From NCBI GenBank assembly GCA_028534125.1, contig CM052816.1, forward strand, positions 35,280,001 to 35,344,000: a DNA stretch of 64,000 nucleotides, read 5' to 3'. Made by a program: the position numbers and the translations under genes. This document shows positions 13,108 to 27,190 of the stretch, in pieces (positions within the stretch are counted from its first letter, which is position 1; the number at the start of each line of letters is the position of its first letter). Below the pieces are notes generated by a model. The model was given only the letters and a program-made list of their open reading frames with translations. It searched no databases and was not told the origin of the DNA. Source of the stretch: Lama glama. Lineage: Eukaryota.

Positions 13108-13725
13108 ATCCCTCTCCTGGGCATATATCCAGAAGGAATCCTACTTCAAAAAGACACCTGCACCCCAATGTTCATAGCAGCACTATTTACAATAGTCAAG
13201 ACATGGAAACAGCTTAAATGTCCATCAACAGATGACTGGATAAAGAAGATGTGGTATATTTATACAATGGAATACTATTCAGCCATAAAAATGACAACAT
13301 AATGCTGTTTGCAGCAACATGGATGTCCCTGGAGAATGTCATTCTAAGCCAGAAAGAGAAAGAAAAATACCATATGAGATTGCTCATATGTGGAATCTAA
13401 AAGAACCCAAAACATTAATATAAAACAGAAACAGACTAGACATAGAATACAAACTTGTGGTTGCCAAGGGGGTGGGGGGTGGGAAGGGACAGACTGGGAG
13501 TTCAAAATTTGTAGATACTGACAGGCATATGCAGAATAGATAAACAAGATTATACTCTATAACACAGGGAAATATATATATGATATTATGGTAGCTCACA
13601 GCAAAAAAAAAAATGTGACAATGAATGCATGTTCATGTACACCTGAAAAATTATGCTCTACACTGCAATTTGACACAACATTGTAAAATGACCATAACTC
13701 AGTTAAAAAATGTTTTTAAAAAAAA
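13108..13725 (+). mobile_element. Younger lineage-specific L1 3' fragment nested in ORF2 of the older L1
   Basis: Starts ATCCCTCTCCTGGGCATATATCCAG and ends TTGTAAAATGACCATAACTCAGTTAAAAAATG plus an A tail. Host ORF2 resumes at GACAAAGAAG. Confidence 0.88.
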
Positions 13726-16700
13726 GACAAAGAAGCACATTACATAATAATAAAATGGTCAATCCAAAAAGAAGATATAATATTTATAAATATTTACACA
13801 CTTAACACAGAAACGTGTAAGTATACAAAGTAACTATTAACACATCTCAGTGGGAAATGTGACAGCAATATAATAACAGTAGAAGTCTTTAACCCCGTTT
13901 ACAACAACAGATAGATCATATAGACAGTAAATCAATAAAGAAACATTAGCCTTAAATGAAATGTAAAACCAGATGGACTTAAAAGGTATAAACAGAATAT
14001 TCCGCACAAAAGCAGAATAAACATTCTTCTCAAAGGCACATGGAATATTCTCAAGGATAAACTACATGTTAACCATTAAACAAGTTTCAATACATTTATG
14101 AAGACTGAAATCATATCAAGCATCTTTCCGATAACAATGGTATGAAACTAGAAATCGATTATAAGAAGAAAACTGGATAAATCACAAATACATGAAGATT
14201 AAACAGTTACCAAACCATTGATGTGTCAACAAAGAAATCAAGGTGGAAATTAAAAATATTATGAGACAAATGAAAATGGAGTAAAACAACCCAGAATTTA
14301 TGGAATGCAGTAAATGCTGCTCTAGGAAGCTGAAAGAGAGAAACGCCCTCAAGAAACAAAAAAAAAATCCCAAATAAACAATCTAACTTTACACGTAAAG
14401 GAACTAGAAAAAGAAGAACATACAAAGCCCACAGTTAGTAAAAGAAAAGAAATAATAAAGATCAGAAATTATAAAATAGAGACTAAAATAACAATAGAAA
14501 CGATAAGTGAAACTAAGAACTAGTTCTTTGAAACGAAAAATAAAATTGAAAAACCTTTATCTAGACTCACCAAGATAAAGAGTGAAGGCTCAAATAAAAT
14601 CAAAGAGATGTTACAACTGATACCCCAGAAATATAAAGGATACATTTAGGATACAAATGTAACAAATATAGTTATATGTCAAAAAAAACTAGAAAAGTGA
14701 AAAACATTGGATAAATTCCTAGAAATACACAAGCTCCCAAGATTGAATCATGAAGAAGTAGAAAATCTGAATAGACTCTTTACTAGTAAGGAGACTGAAT
14801 CAGTAATTAAAAAACTACCCAACATTCAAAAGTCTACGGAACCACACAGATTCATTAGTAAATTCTACCAAATATTAAATGAAGATTTAATATCTCTTCT
14901 CCAACTCTTCCAGAAAACTGAAGAAGAGGGACTTCCAAATTCATTTTAGGAGACCAGCATTACTCTGATACCGAAACCAGACAAAGATGCCAATAAAAAA
15001 AGAAAATTACAGACCAATATGCCTGATGAACATAAATGCAAAAATCATCAACAAAATATTAGCATACCAAATTCAACAATGCATTAAAAGGATCATACAC
15101 CATGAACAATGGGATTAATTCCAAGGATGCAGGATGGTTCAACATCTGCAAATCAATAACTATGGTATACCATATTAATAAAATGAAGGCTAAAAATCAT
15201 ATGATCTTCTCAATAGGGAAAAGCATATGATAAAATTCAACATCCATTCATGATAAAAATTCTCAACGTAGGTATAGGTCATATATAACAAACTCGCAGC
15301 CAACATCATACTCAATTGTGAAAAGCTGAGAGCTTTTCATCCAAGATCACTCTCCAGTCTCACCACTTTTATTCAACATAGTATTGGAAGTCCTAGCCAT
15401 GGTAATTAGGCAAGAAAAAGAAATAAAAGGCATACAAATAGGAAAGGATGAAATAAAACTGCCACTATTTTCAGATGAAATGACTCTATATATAGAAAAC
15501 CCTTAAGACTCCACCAAAAAACTCTTAGAAGTAATAAATAAATTCAGTTAGGTTGCAGGATACAAATTAATATACAAAATGTGTTTCATTTCTATACAAA
15601 TAATGAACTATCACAGAGCTAAATTATGAAAATAATTCAATTTACAGTGGCATCAAAAAGAATAAAATCCCTAGGAATAAATTTAACCAAGGAAGTAAAA
15701 GATCTATACACTTAAAACTATTAGACATTATGAAAGAAACTGAAGAAAACACATATAAATGGAAACATATTTCATGACTATGGGTTGAAAGAATTGATAT
15801 TGTTGAAATGTCCACATGACCCAACGTAATCTACAAATTCAATGCAATCCCTATCAAAATTCCAAAGACATTTTGCACAGTTCTAGAACAAATAATTCTA
15901 AAATTTGTATGGGACAAAAGTGCCCAAATAACCAAAGCAATCCTGAGAAAGAAAAACAAAGCTGGAGGTATCATGATACCTCATTTCAAACTGCAGTAAG
16001 CAAGCAATAGTAATCAAAACACTATGACAGTAGACTAAGAAGAGACACGTGGGTCAGTGGAACAAAACAGAGAGACAAGAAATAAAACCAGACATATACA
16101 GTCAATCAATTCACAACAAAGGAGGCAAGACTATAAAATGGGAAAGGATAGTCTCTTCAATAAATGGTATTGGGAAAATTGGACAGCCACATGCAGGAGA
16201 ATATAAGTGAATGACTGTCTTATACCATATATAAAAATCAACTCAAAATGGATTAAAGACTTGAATGTAAGACCATAAACCATAAAACTCCTAGAAGAAT
16301 ACATAGGTAAGGAAGATTCTTGACATCACTCTCAGAGATATTTTTTTGGATCTGATCCAAAGGCAATGGCAACAAAAGCAAAAACAAACAATTGGGATTA
16401 TATCAAATTAAAAAGCTTCTATACAGCAAAGGAAACCATAAACAAAACAGAAAGTCACTCTACTGAATAGGAGAAAATATTTGCAAATTATATATCTATT
16501 AAGGGGCTAATATTCAAAATATATAAAGTACCATATAATCTAGCTATTCCACTGCTGGATATTTATCCAAAGTAAACAAAAACACTAATTCAAAGAAATA
16601 CATACACCCATAATGTTCATTGCAGCATTTTTTACAATAGCCAGATACGAAAATGATCTAAGTGTCCACTCATGAATAAATAAATACATAAGATGTATAC

Positions 16701-17196
16701 ATGTACAAACACACACGCACACACACACATACACACACAAATATTATTCAACCATTACAAAGAATGAAAGCCTGCCATTTGTGACCACATGGATGGATGT
16801 TGAGGGCATTACGCTAAGTGAACTAAGTCAGTCAGAGAAAGATCAATAGTGTACGAATTCACGTATATGTAGAATCCAAAAAACAAAACAAACAAAGAAA
16901 ATAAAACAAAATTCACAAGTACAGAGAACAGACTGGTGGTTATCAGACAGAAGGGGCTGGAGAGTAGGTGTAAAGGGTGAAGAAAGCAAGTGTTTGGTGA
17001 TGGCTGACAACTAGACTTACAGCAATGATCACTTTATAGTGTATACAGATATCAATTATGTTGTACACCTGAAACTAATATGTACCAGTTTTACCTGAAT
17101 TTAAGAAAAAATTATCCCAACAGGAAAGAGAGAAGGAAAGAAGATAAGAAGGAAAGAAGATAAGAAGGAAAGGGGGAAGGAAGGAAAGAAGGAAAG

Positions 17197-19650
17197 TACT
17201 GGAAGTGAAAAATATCTGAATTGAAAAATACATTGGATGATAGTAACACTACATAAAAACAAGATTACTGAAATGGAAGACATAACAGTAGAAACTAGCC
17301 ACAGTGAAACACAGAAACACAGAAACACAGAAAACAGAAAAATAAATAAACAGAGCACCTGTAAACTAAGGGATAACTTCAAACAGCCAAATATGTATGA
17401 AATTGGAGCCCCCAAAGGAAAGAACAGGGAAGAAGGACTAAAAAAAATTTTTGAAAAAATAATGGCAGATATTTTTCTAAAGCATCTAAAAATTGTAAGC
17501 CCCCAGTTTTCTAAGATCCACAGAACTTTAGCACAAGAAACATGAAAAAAACTACACAAAGGCACATAACAAATTGCCTAAAATCAGTGGTAAAGAGAAA
17601 ATCTTAAGCACAATCAGAGGATGGAAAACTTAGGCACAAATATTTATCAAAAAAAAAAATGCAAGACAACAATACATCTTTGAAGTAGTGAAAGAAAAAT
17701 ATGCCAAGCTAGGATTCTATATATAGCAAATACTTTTCGAAAACAAAAACCACAAAAATATTTTCACACTTACAAAACTTGAAAAAATGAATTACCGGCA
17801 GATTTCCATTACAGGAAATGTTAAAAGGAGCCCTTCAAGCAGGAGGAAAATAGTACCAGGTGGAAACCTGGATCTACACAAAGAAATGAAGGGTAACTCA
17901 ATGGGTACATGTAAAAGCTTACGTTCTTATTATTTAAATTATACAAAAGATAATCAACTATTTATAACAAGAAGGAGAAGGAAGAGGAAGAAGAGGAGGA
18001 CAAGGAGGAGAAGAATGTATTGCGGGGCGTATAACATAAGTAGAATTAAAGTTATGTCAACAATAGCACAAAGGATAGGCAGAAATGGAGGTATAGTGTG
18101 GCAAGGATATTATATAGATGAGGTTCTACATTATCACTAAAACATAGATGTACAGTAAGTTAAAGATGTATCCTATAAACCCTAAGGCAATCACTGAAAT
18201 AACACAATAAACAGTGACAGGTGATAATCCAAAAAGAAGGTAAAAATGGAATCATAAAAAAACTCAACCCAAAATAAGGAGAAAAAAGGAGAATAAGAAT
18301 GAAGAAAGAGCACGTAGGACAAAGGGAAAACAAATGGTAACATGACAGATTTAAACTTAACCAAATCAATAATCACATTAAATAATAACAGTCTAAACAC
18401 ACCAATTAAATGACAAAGATTATCATATTAGGAAACAAAGCAAGACCTACCTACACTCTACCTATAAGAAATCCACTTTAAATATAACAATCAAATAGGA
18501 TGAAAAAAGACATACCATGTTAACATTAACCAAAAGAAAGCTAGGGTGGTTATATTAATATCAGACAGAATAGATTTCATAGCAAAGAAGACTACCAGGG
18601 ATAAAGAAGCTAATTTCATAAATGGTCAATTCATACATACAGATTTAGAAATCCTAAACATCAGTCACCTAAAATACAAGTTAATTCATTTATCATAAAA
18701 AAGTAACAATTCTAAACATTTATCCACTTTGTAACAGAGACTCAAAATACATGAAAGAAAAACTGATTAAACTGCAGGGAGAAACAGACATATTCACAAT
18801 TATAATCAGAGATTTCAACATACCTATCTCAATAACTGATAGAACAGGTGGACAAAAAAGGGTAGGGGTACAAACAACTTGAACACTACGATCAACATCT
18901 TCACCAAATTGTCGCTTATAAAACACTCCAAACAACAACAGCAGAACATAACGTACACATGAAAGACAGAACATACTCTAGGCCATGAAACAAGTATTCA
19001 TAAATGTTAAAGGATTCAAGTCACATAAAATAGAATCTTGGAAAACAATGGGACTAAATTTTAAATCAGTAACAAAAATATCTCTAGAAAAAAAAAATAC
19101 TTGGAAATTAAATAACAGACTTTAAAAGAACACATGGTCCAAAGAAGACATCAAAAGGGAAATTAAAATACATCCTAAACTGAAAGAAAATGAAAATAAG
19201 CATATGAGAATTAGACAAAATTAAAAACACTATAAGTTTTTATGAATTACAATAGAAGAAAAGCCTTAAATTAATAATCTCAATTTATACCTTATTAACC
19301 CAAGGGGAAAAAAAAGGGCAAACAAAACCCAAATTAAGTGGGAAAAAAATTTAATAGGTTTCAGAGCAGAAATCAATGATAGAAAACAGAATATCAATTG
19401 AGACAATGTTGCTGGAATAAATGAGTATCTGTTAGTAAAAAAAAACCCTTTAATCTATACTTGCCCCATATCCAAAAATTAACTAAAAATAGGTTATAGA
19501 CCTAAATATAAAAGCTTAAAACCATGAAACTTCCAGATGCAAACATAGGAGAAAACACCTCTGGATACGGCAAAGTTTTTTTTTTTTTTTTAGACACAAC
19601 ACCAAAAACAAAATGCTCTAAAGAAAAAATGGATATCCTGGACTTTTCTT
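17197..19650 (+). mobile_element. Old L1M ORF1/ORF2 (continuation of the 9365 element)
   Basis: ORF1-like GAPKGKNREEGLKKIFEKIMADIF. Endonuclease-region remnants near 18350-19150. Confidence 0.85.
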
Positions 19651-20264
19651 TTAGGTAGAATAAATGATGGATTTTCAGTGTCAAGAGGAAAGGCTGACTG
19701 ACATACTCCTTGTTTTTCTTTGGGTTTCCAACCATTGTTCAACTGTTATCTATCAACATTTCTTCATTGAAAGGCAATATTATTCCCTTACAACCACTTC
19801 CTCCCCATCTGTCACCTTTTCCCAGACTCCTTTCCCATCGCAAAAATTCTCCTGCCTGCCTTCCTTAATTATCTTAGTATTTGTCTCCATTTATTCCTCA
19901 CGAAAATACATGACACTTCAGTACACACATGGATAATTCCTCCTCTATCCTAACCTCATAAATCCTCCATCTTCTCACCTAATAATCCTATTTCTTGTTT
20001 CTTTCACTACCTTACTTTTTCTAAAGAGTATAACTCCAGTTAAACATAGTAAATAAAACACATGGCTATTTTTCCCCTCCTTTCCAAAATCCCACTAAAA
20101 TACAATATACTTAAAGTATACACTTGCAATAACAAACAAAACAGAAAAGGCAACAATCACAGATAAGACATGCCAACAAAATACAAGAAAATGAAAAGCA
20201 AGTAAGTGGTTACTGATGTGCCTATCAGGAAAAGTTGAACATTAAGTGTTCTGCAAAAGGGAAG

Positions 20265-20598
20265 TCAAGAAGAAAAGGCAACGTGGTGGGAGGGGGAATT
20301 GGAGGGATCAAAAGGTACATAAGATAAATAAGTACTAGGGATATAATGTACAGCATGGCAGCTGTCATTAACACTGCTGTGTGATACATAGGAGAGTTGC
20401 TAAGTGAGTACATCCCAAGAGTTTTCATCAAAAGGAGAAACTTTTTTCTTTTTATTATAGCTATACATGGTGGATGTTAACTAAATCTATTGTGGTAATC
20501 ACTTCACAACATATGTAAATCAAACCATCATGCTATACACCTTAAACTTATAGAGTGATGCATGTCAATTATATTTAAGTAAAACGGGGGGGGGGGGA
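20265..20598 (+). mobile_element. L1MA-type 3' UTR fragment ending in a G run
   Basis: GTACTAGGGATATAATGTACAGCATG...TGTCAATTATATTT. Confidence 0.8.
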
Positions 20599-20914
20599 GG
20601 CAATTTATAGGGTCAGGTAACTCCAGTAAAGCTTAGAAACTGAGACATATAAATGAAGGTAAAGGAGAGGGCACCGAAGCAGGGGGACTGATCCAAAGCC
20701 TATGTGAGGAACAGTCAAAACTCTATAGTTCCCACTACTCTGTCCACACAGACATGCAACTGTTCTTCCCCCAGCACAGAAGAAACAAGGGGTAAACATG
20801 AGCCAAAGAGGCTCTGCGCTCAGTAACACCAGACAGCTGACCAAAAACAGGAGAAATAACTAAATTATGACTCTTTGAACACTGTATTTTCCCTATCTAT
20901 TCGTAACACCAGTA

Positions 20915-21053
20915 GTCAAACAAAATATAGGACACCAGTTAAATTTGAATTTCAGATAAATCATAAATAATTTTTAGTGTACGCATGTCTCAAATATTGC
21001 ATGCAAATTTAACTGGTGTTCTATATTTTAATTTGCCACATCAGGCAAACCTA
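20915..21053. mobile_element. MER53-like palindromic hAT MITE, internally deleted
   Basis: CAGTTAAATTTG...CAAATTTAACTG inverted arms; ends GGCAAACCTA. Confidence 0.75.
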
Positions 21054-21736
21054 CCTTCAGGCTAGAGACTAGAGAATTGCTCTTTGGGGAATCTCACTGT
21101 CCCAGGAAAGGAAAGATATAAACATTAGGGTTAGTTAACGAAATCACAAATATTTACCTGATCACACACACCACACACACACACATTTCCCATAAGAAAC
21201 AGTTTCCTCTACAATTTACTCAAATTCTAAGACCCTTAGAGTGCAAGAAACACACCAATTTTTTTTAACTTTTCAAAGTAAGGTTAAAAAAAAATTTTAA
21301 CTTTGAATAAATATAGCAAAATGTGATGCTTAAGTAAGACAATGAAAATAAATACACCAAAACTTGAAGAATTATTCAGATGTGTAACATTTTACCTTTT
21401 ACGCCTTCAAAGAACAGCACAATTTTGGTCTTTATTTTTATAGCCCTTATTTTTAAATTTTGTATGATATTTTATAATCTTGGAGTTTAAAAAAATATGC
21501 TGTTTATCCAAAGGATTTTTAAGTGTGATTAAATCATCAATGTATTATTATTTAGTAATGAAATGACAGCAAAGAACACCTACATACTAAAATATTCCAT
21601 GTGATTCACTGCACTAACGAATCACAGAAGAATTCAGAGAAGGTGAGTTATAATGAAAGCTTGTTTTGAAAGAAGAAAACAGCAAGGCTCAAGGGACCCA
21701 AGATGGTAGGGTAATAAAGAAAACAAAATTTCTAAG

Positions 21737-21916
21737 AATGGTTCTCAAACCTAACTGATCGTTAGAATAATCTGGCTACCTACTAGGAAAAACAAATTTC
21801 TAAGTTAAAAAACATCAGACCTCCTGACTCAGAATAATAGGAGTACGGCCAAAATTTTAGAATTTTTGAAACTTCCCCCATGAGATTCTGTAATCAGCAA
21901 GATTATGGAACCACTA
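21737..21916. mobile_element. MER5-family MITE
   Basis: ATGGTTCTCAAAC...GGAACCACT ends. Confidence 0.6.
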
Positions 21917-22020
21917 ACTCAGAATGCTGACTTGGGTGTGCTAATTCAATAGTATGATCTATTTGCCTTAAGGACAACTATGATGCTATAGAAAATAAAT
22001 GATGAAATCATTCTTCTTAC

Positions 22021-22227
22021 CTTAGACACATTGCTGACATAATTCATTTGGATAGTACTTTCCTTATCAACTTGATTACAAAGGTTCTGTAAAGTAGATG
22101 CATATTCTTTATCACTTTTTATTCTCAGGGCCATGAATTTCTTCACTGTTTCCAGTAACCGTAATTCCCAGTCTTGCAATTTTAACACAGCTTCATGTGA
22201 ATTCTTCAGGTCACTCCCAAACCCCAT
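22021..22227 (-). CDS. FER: FER tyrosine kinase, first coding exon (codons 1-69, N-terminal FCH/F-BAR region)
   Basis: Translates [69 protein letters not shown], the recognisable FER N-terminus. ATG at 22227 in strong context (AAAATGG). Ends at a phase-0 donor AAG|GTAAGA (GT at 22020-22019). Confidence 0.97.
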
Positions 22228-22288
22228 TTTTGTAAGGCACTGTCTTATCCTCCACACTGCACAAGTGAGCCTTCTAATCAGCACATAT
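22228..22288 (-). other. FER: 5' UTR part (61 nt) of the first coding FER exon
   Basis: Acceptor TTTTTTCCTTCTGTTTACATATGCAG|ATATGTG with AG at 22290-22289. Confidence 0.88.
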
Positions 22289-22389
22289 CTGCATATGTAA
22301 ACAGAAGGAAAAAATCTTAAATCAAAAGGAAATTAGTCTTCAAAGCAAAGTTATGGCCCATTCTTTTTAGAGAAAAAAAAAATCACTAT

Positions 22390-24320
22390 AACTGAAAGCT
22401 TTCCCCCAAAGATCAGGAATAAGATGAGGATTCTCACCACTTCTATTCAAAATTATTATGGAGGTTCCAGCCAGTACAATAAAATAAATGAAATAATTTC
22501 CATTGAAATTGGAACGGAAATAGTAAAAATATATTTGCAGATGTTGTGACACAGTATATAGAAAATCCTAAGGAATGCAATTTAAAAAGTATTAGAACTA
22601 ATAAATGAGCTCAGTAAGTTTACAGAGTGCAAGATCAATACACAAATATCAACTGTATTTCTATATACTAGCAATGATCAATCCAAAAATGAAATTAAAA
22701 AATTCTATTTACAACAGCACCACAAAGAACAAAATATTTAAGAATAAATTTTACACAACTAACCCAAACATTTACTCTTTAAGTTACAAAACATTTTTGA
22801 AAAAAATTAAAGAAGACCTAAATAAATGGAAAGACTCATGTTAATGGAGCAAAAAGACTTAATATTTTTAAGAAAGCTATACTCTTCAACCTGATCTACA
22901 GACTTAATTCAATCCATATTAAAATCTAAGCTAGCTTTTTTTTTTGCAAAACTTAACAAGTTAATCCTAAAATATATATGGAAATGCAAGGGAGCCAGAA
23001 TAACCAAATAAATAACAAACCAAAAAACCCTGAAGAAGAACAAAGTTTGAGGACTCACACTTCAGTGCCAAGTCTATTCAATGGGGGAAAAGAAGTCTTT
23101 TCTATTAATGGTGCTAGGACAACTGGACTGCACATGCAACAGAATTAAGCAGGATGCCTTCTCAGACCATAGACAAAAAATTAACTCTAAAGGAATCACA
23201 GATATAAATATCAGAGCTGAAACTATAAAACTCTCAGAAGAAAACAATAGTAAATCTTTGTGACCTTGGCTCAGGTAATGGTTTCCTAGAAAGGACACCA
23301 AAAGTATAAGCAACAAAATAAAAATACATAAATTTGGTTTCATCAAAATTAAAAAATTCTGTACCTCAAACGCCACCATCAAGTAAGTGATAAGGCCACA
23401 GAATGGGAGAAAATATTTGTAAATCATATGTCTGATAAGAATACTTCTATCTGGATTATATAAATAATTATTAGAACTCAGTAATAAAAAAGATAAATCA
23501 AATACAAATGGGCAAAGGATTTGAGCAGACATTTCTCCAAATAAGGTTTACAAATAAATGTCCACTAAGCAATGAAAAGACTTTCAATATCATTATTCAC
23601 TAGGAAAAACAATCAAAACCACAATGAGATACCATTCCATACCACTAGGAAGTCTATAATCAAAAAAATAGATAATATCTAGTGTTGGAAACTGTGAAAA
23701 AAATTAGTACCATCATATACTGCTAACGTAAATGTAAAATGGGCAGTTCCTCAAGTTAAACACAGAGTTATCAGATATAACCCAGAAATTCCACTCTTAT
23801 GTATATACCCAAGAGTAATGAAAACATATGCCTACACAAAAAGTTGTACATGAATGTTCAAACACAATCGCTGATAAGAGTCACAAAGTGGAACAACCTA
23901 AATGTTCATCTACTGATCAATGGATCATGATGTATCATACAAAGAAATCCTATCTGGCAATGAAAAGGAATGAAGTATTGACACAAGCCACAACATGGAT
24001 AAACCTTGTAAACTTTATGCTAAGTGAAGAAGCCAAACCAAAAGACTGACATACTACATTACCTTCTTATGTGAAATGTCCAGAATCTATATCTAGAGAC
24101 AGAAAATTAGATTAGTGGTTGCCTAAAGCCAATGAATTTGAGGTCAAATGAGGAGTTACTGCTAATGGGTACTGGATTTCATTTTGGGATGATGGAAGTG
24201 TTCAAAAATTAATTGTGGTGATGCTTGGACAACTCCATGAACAGAATCAAAACCACTAAACTGTACAGTTTCAATGGGTGCATTCTTCAGCATGTGAGTT
24301 GTATCTCAAAGTTGTTTTAG
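22390..24320 (+). mobile_element. L1MB-type ORF2 3' part and 3' UTR
   Basis: FLKKIKEDLNKWKD ORF2 peptide. 3' UTR TTACTGCTAATGGGTAC...GTATCTCAAAGTTG. Confidence 0.88.
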
Positions 24321-25693
24321 AAAAATCACTGCAGCATAACTTACGATCATCTAAAGGACGGTTATCAGAAACTCCCCCCAAAATAACCTGCTTGTTTGCT
24401 ATAAATCCCAAGAACTATGATAGAATTTATTTTCCTCTCTACTCTCCTAGAACTTCAGATAGTGAATCTTCAGGGTCAGTGAGAAGAAATAAAGAAACAC
24501 ATCTTTTATTTTTAGGTGGCTCATCATACCAGAAGTCAATTTTTTGTTAATTCAGCTGAAATCTTCTAAGCTATACAGAAAAGTGAGAAGAGGTCTATCT
24601 CTCCAACCTCAGTGACGTCATCTAAAGAGATGGTGAAAATGTGGGTTTGCCGAAAACAACAATTACAGTTTTTCCAAACTGAAAACTGTCCCATTTTACG
24701 ATCAAACAAGAAGAGGGGAAAAAAGTTGTAGAAAAATGTACTTCATCAATGTTTCCAAAGTAGCAAACAGGACACTAAATGGGCCTTAACATAAATAAAT
24801 CAATACAAGGGAACTGACATTCACTTTAATATCAAGTAGGATAATTCCAGTTTTTTCACTTCGTAGGTAGTAGCTTTAAAATTTTTTCTTTGATATACTG
24901 TATCTGTATAGGTCAAAAAAATGAACATTTTTCTGTTATTTTATGTATAGCTCAACTAAGTCTCTGTGAAGATACACTCTATCTCATCCCATGTTTCCAA
25001 TAAAAGAATAAGAAACATTTTTTTGAGGACAAAGAAAGGTGAAACATTTTGCTTTTTTTTTTAAACTGTATCTGAGTTGTGGTTCATTTAATTCTGTAAC
25101 TTGGAATAAATATCATTTCTGCTTCTAAATACATCTAGCTCTGGTCTAAGCCTTGACAATTTTTTTTTCTTTCGTTATCAGAAACTTTGAAAAGATTATA
25201 AAGAGCTTAAAAGAATAAAAAAGGAAACAGAATCTGGCTGCTATCTGAAAAACACTCCAGCCCATCCTAAAGACTTATTTATATACAGCAATATTCTAGG
25301 TCAGGGTTAATATAAAATTATCTAATACATGGTACTACTCCTTGAGGAATGACAAATAATAAAAACATTTCAAAACAACTCCATAATTAACTAAGACTAT
25401 GTCCAATTACCAAATTAGTAGAGATTATAAATACTTTAGGAATTAGGGAAATGATATCCTATAGATAATTTTCCATAGATATCAAATAATATATATAAAA
25501 CATCATTTCAATAGTGTTGGAGTTCCATCCAAATCATAGCCTATGTGAATTTGTTCAGTGCCCAACCTTCACCACCATGTTGTGTGGTAGACGTGATCAT
25601 GGCACATTCATTCAGTGGAATACCATTCAGCTTTAACATAAAAATGAGAAAATTTTTTTTGTATTGATATGGAACTATCATTAAGAACTAGAA

Positions 25694-25862
25694 GAGGGGA
25701 GTGTATAGTTCAGTGCTAGAATGCATGCTTAGCATGCACAAGGTCCTGAGTTCAATCCCCAGTACCTCTATTAAAATAAATATAAACCTAATTACCTCCC
25801 CCCAAAACAAACAAACAAAAACAATAAATAAATAAGCAAATAAACAAATAAATAATTTGTAA
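25694..25862 (+). mobile_element. tRNA-derived SINE (camelid type)
   Basis: A box TAGTTCAGTGCTAG, B box GAGTTCAATCCC, A-rich tail. TSD AAGAACT(A/G)GAA at 25683-93 and 25863-73. Confidence 0.9.
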
Positions 25863-26099
25863 AAGAACTGGAAAAAAGCAAAATACAGAACTTGGTAAGC
25901 TTACATTGTATAAAAAGGAGGAAGAATAAAAGAGACTAAATTTGCTTGTAAGTGCACAAAATTTTTCCAGAACACGTAGTGTGTGGGACACAGGATGGGA
26001 TGTCTTGTACATTTGAATTTTGTTTTAAGTGAATGTGTTGATATAACCTATTTTAAAAACTAATTAAAGAGTTTTTGAAGAGAAAAAGATAGTATTAAT

Positions 26100-27190
26100 G
26101 CAGCTTAGAATAGGCCAGAAAAGAAAGCTTCCTAGAAATTGCAAGATATGAGCTAAGGCTGGAATAATAACCATGATTTAGACTGCAAAAAGTCAAGAAG
26201 GTAATGTATTTCAGGAAGTAGAAGCAGCATGGAGAAAACAAGTGAACAGGGGGTGAAGTAAAAAAAAAAAAAGTCTCCAAAAATCAAGCTAGATGTGGCA
26301 AGCAGTGGCAGAAGGCATACCAATTTATCTCTTGCTACTGTAATGTGAAGAAAACTAATTAGGACCAAATTTCTTTAATTAATGGATTTTTAAGACAAAA
26401 CGACAAGGTCATGAAAGGTGATGTTTTAAATGATTACTCTGCTAGTGCTAGTTACACAAGTGTGTTCAGTTTGTGAAATTTCATAAAGCTGAGCACCTGT
26501 GATTTGTGCACTTTTCTATATGTACATTATAGGTAATTAAAAGAGAGAGAGATAGAGACAGATTTTAGTCTGGAAGCTAAGTATAAAATGGCTTGAAGAG
26601 AGAAAAACAAAATAAGACATGAAAAGGCCAATTAATAAGTCATTACAGCTATATAGCCTGAGAAGTGAGGATCTATAACTCACAACATCAGTGAGAATTA
26701 AGATCAAAGAGGCTTGACCTGGTGAATGGATTTAGGGAAGAAATGAGAGACAGATGATCCAATGACAACTTGAAGGCTTTAATAAGAAATGATGACAACA
26801 TCAATAGAAATGGAAGAATGACAATACGGAGCTAATTTAAAGAAAATACATTCATTTCAGCAGGAAATGGAAGTTTAGGTAAAATATTAAAGCTAAAGAT
26901 CTTAATTTTGAGAATAATTGCTTACAGGCAATAATCTCAACAGACTGAATGCTAACAGAAAAGCAGAGAGTGAAGGACAAAGCCCATGAGAACCTGTCAA
27001 TGGAAGAACCAGAGGAAGAGAGACCAAACAAAGGGAAGGGATTAAGTAAGCAAAAGAATAACAGGTTTGACAGAGTTACAGAAGCTAGGATAAAAAAGAA
27101 GTTATTGGCAATGTCAATGTCAGAGAGATGTAAAAACTGCAAACTACTGCAAAACTACTATTGGAATTTTCAATAGTCGGTGTAGTAAAA
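26100..27190 (-). mobile_element. Degraded L2 with a small L1 3' fragment (~26400-26545)
   Basis: Purine-rich L2 antisense-type motifs. Confidence 0.5.

Larger units (their letters stand above)
10660..17110 (+). mobile_element. Near full-length inactive L1 (L1MA-like): 5' UTR, ORF1, ORF2, 3' UTR
   Basis: ORF1 remnants (11491 ORF), ORF2 remnants ([38 protein letters not shown] motif near 15470), A-rich end. Many stops, frameshifts and internal deletions. Confidence 0.92.

Noticed and set aside
10660..17110. Potentially active L1 / reverse transcriptase gene
   Set aside because: ORF1 and ORF2 are fragmented by stops, frameshifts, deletions and nested insertions.
17787..18140. 117-aa ORF with poly-Arg/Lys (NLS- or protamine-like)
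   Set aside because: Derived from a GA-rich microsatellite inside the L1 inter-ORF region.
21946..22020. ORF extension [24 protein letters not shown] after FER codon 69
   Set aside because: Read-through past the consensus AAG|GTAAGA donor into the intron.
1..22020. Search for the next FER coding exon
   Set aside because: No matching peptide seen in the ORF track or by eye; it probably lies left of the window.
25694..25770. tRNA-like sequence with A/B boxes
   Set aside because: Has a SINE tail, TSDs and a second copy at 49224; it is a SINE, not a tRNA gene.
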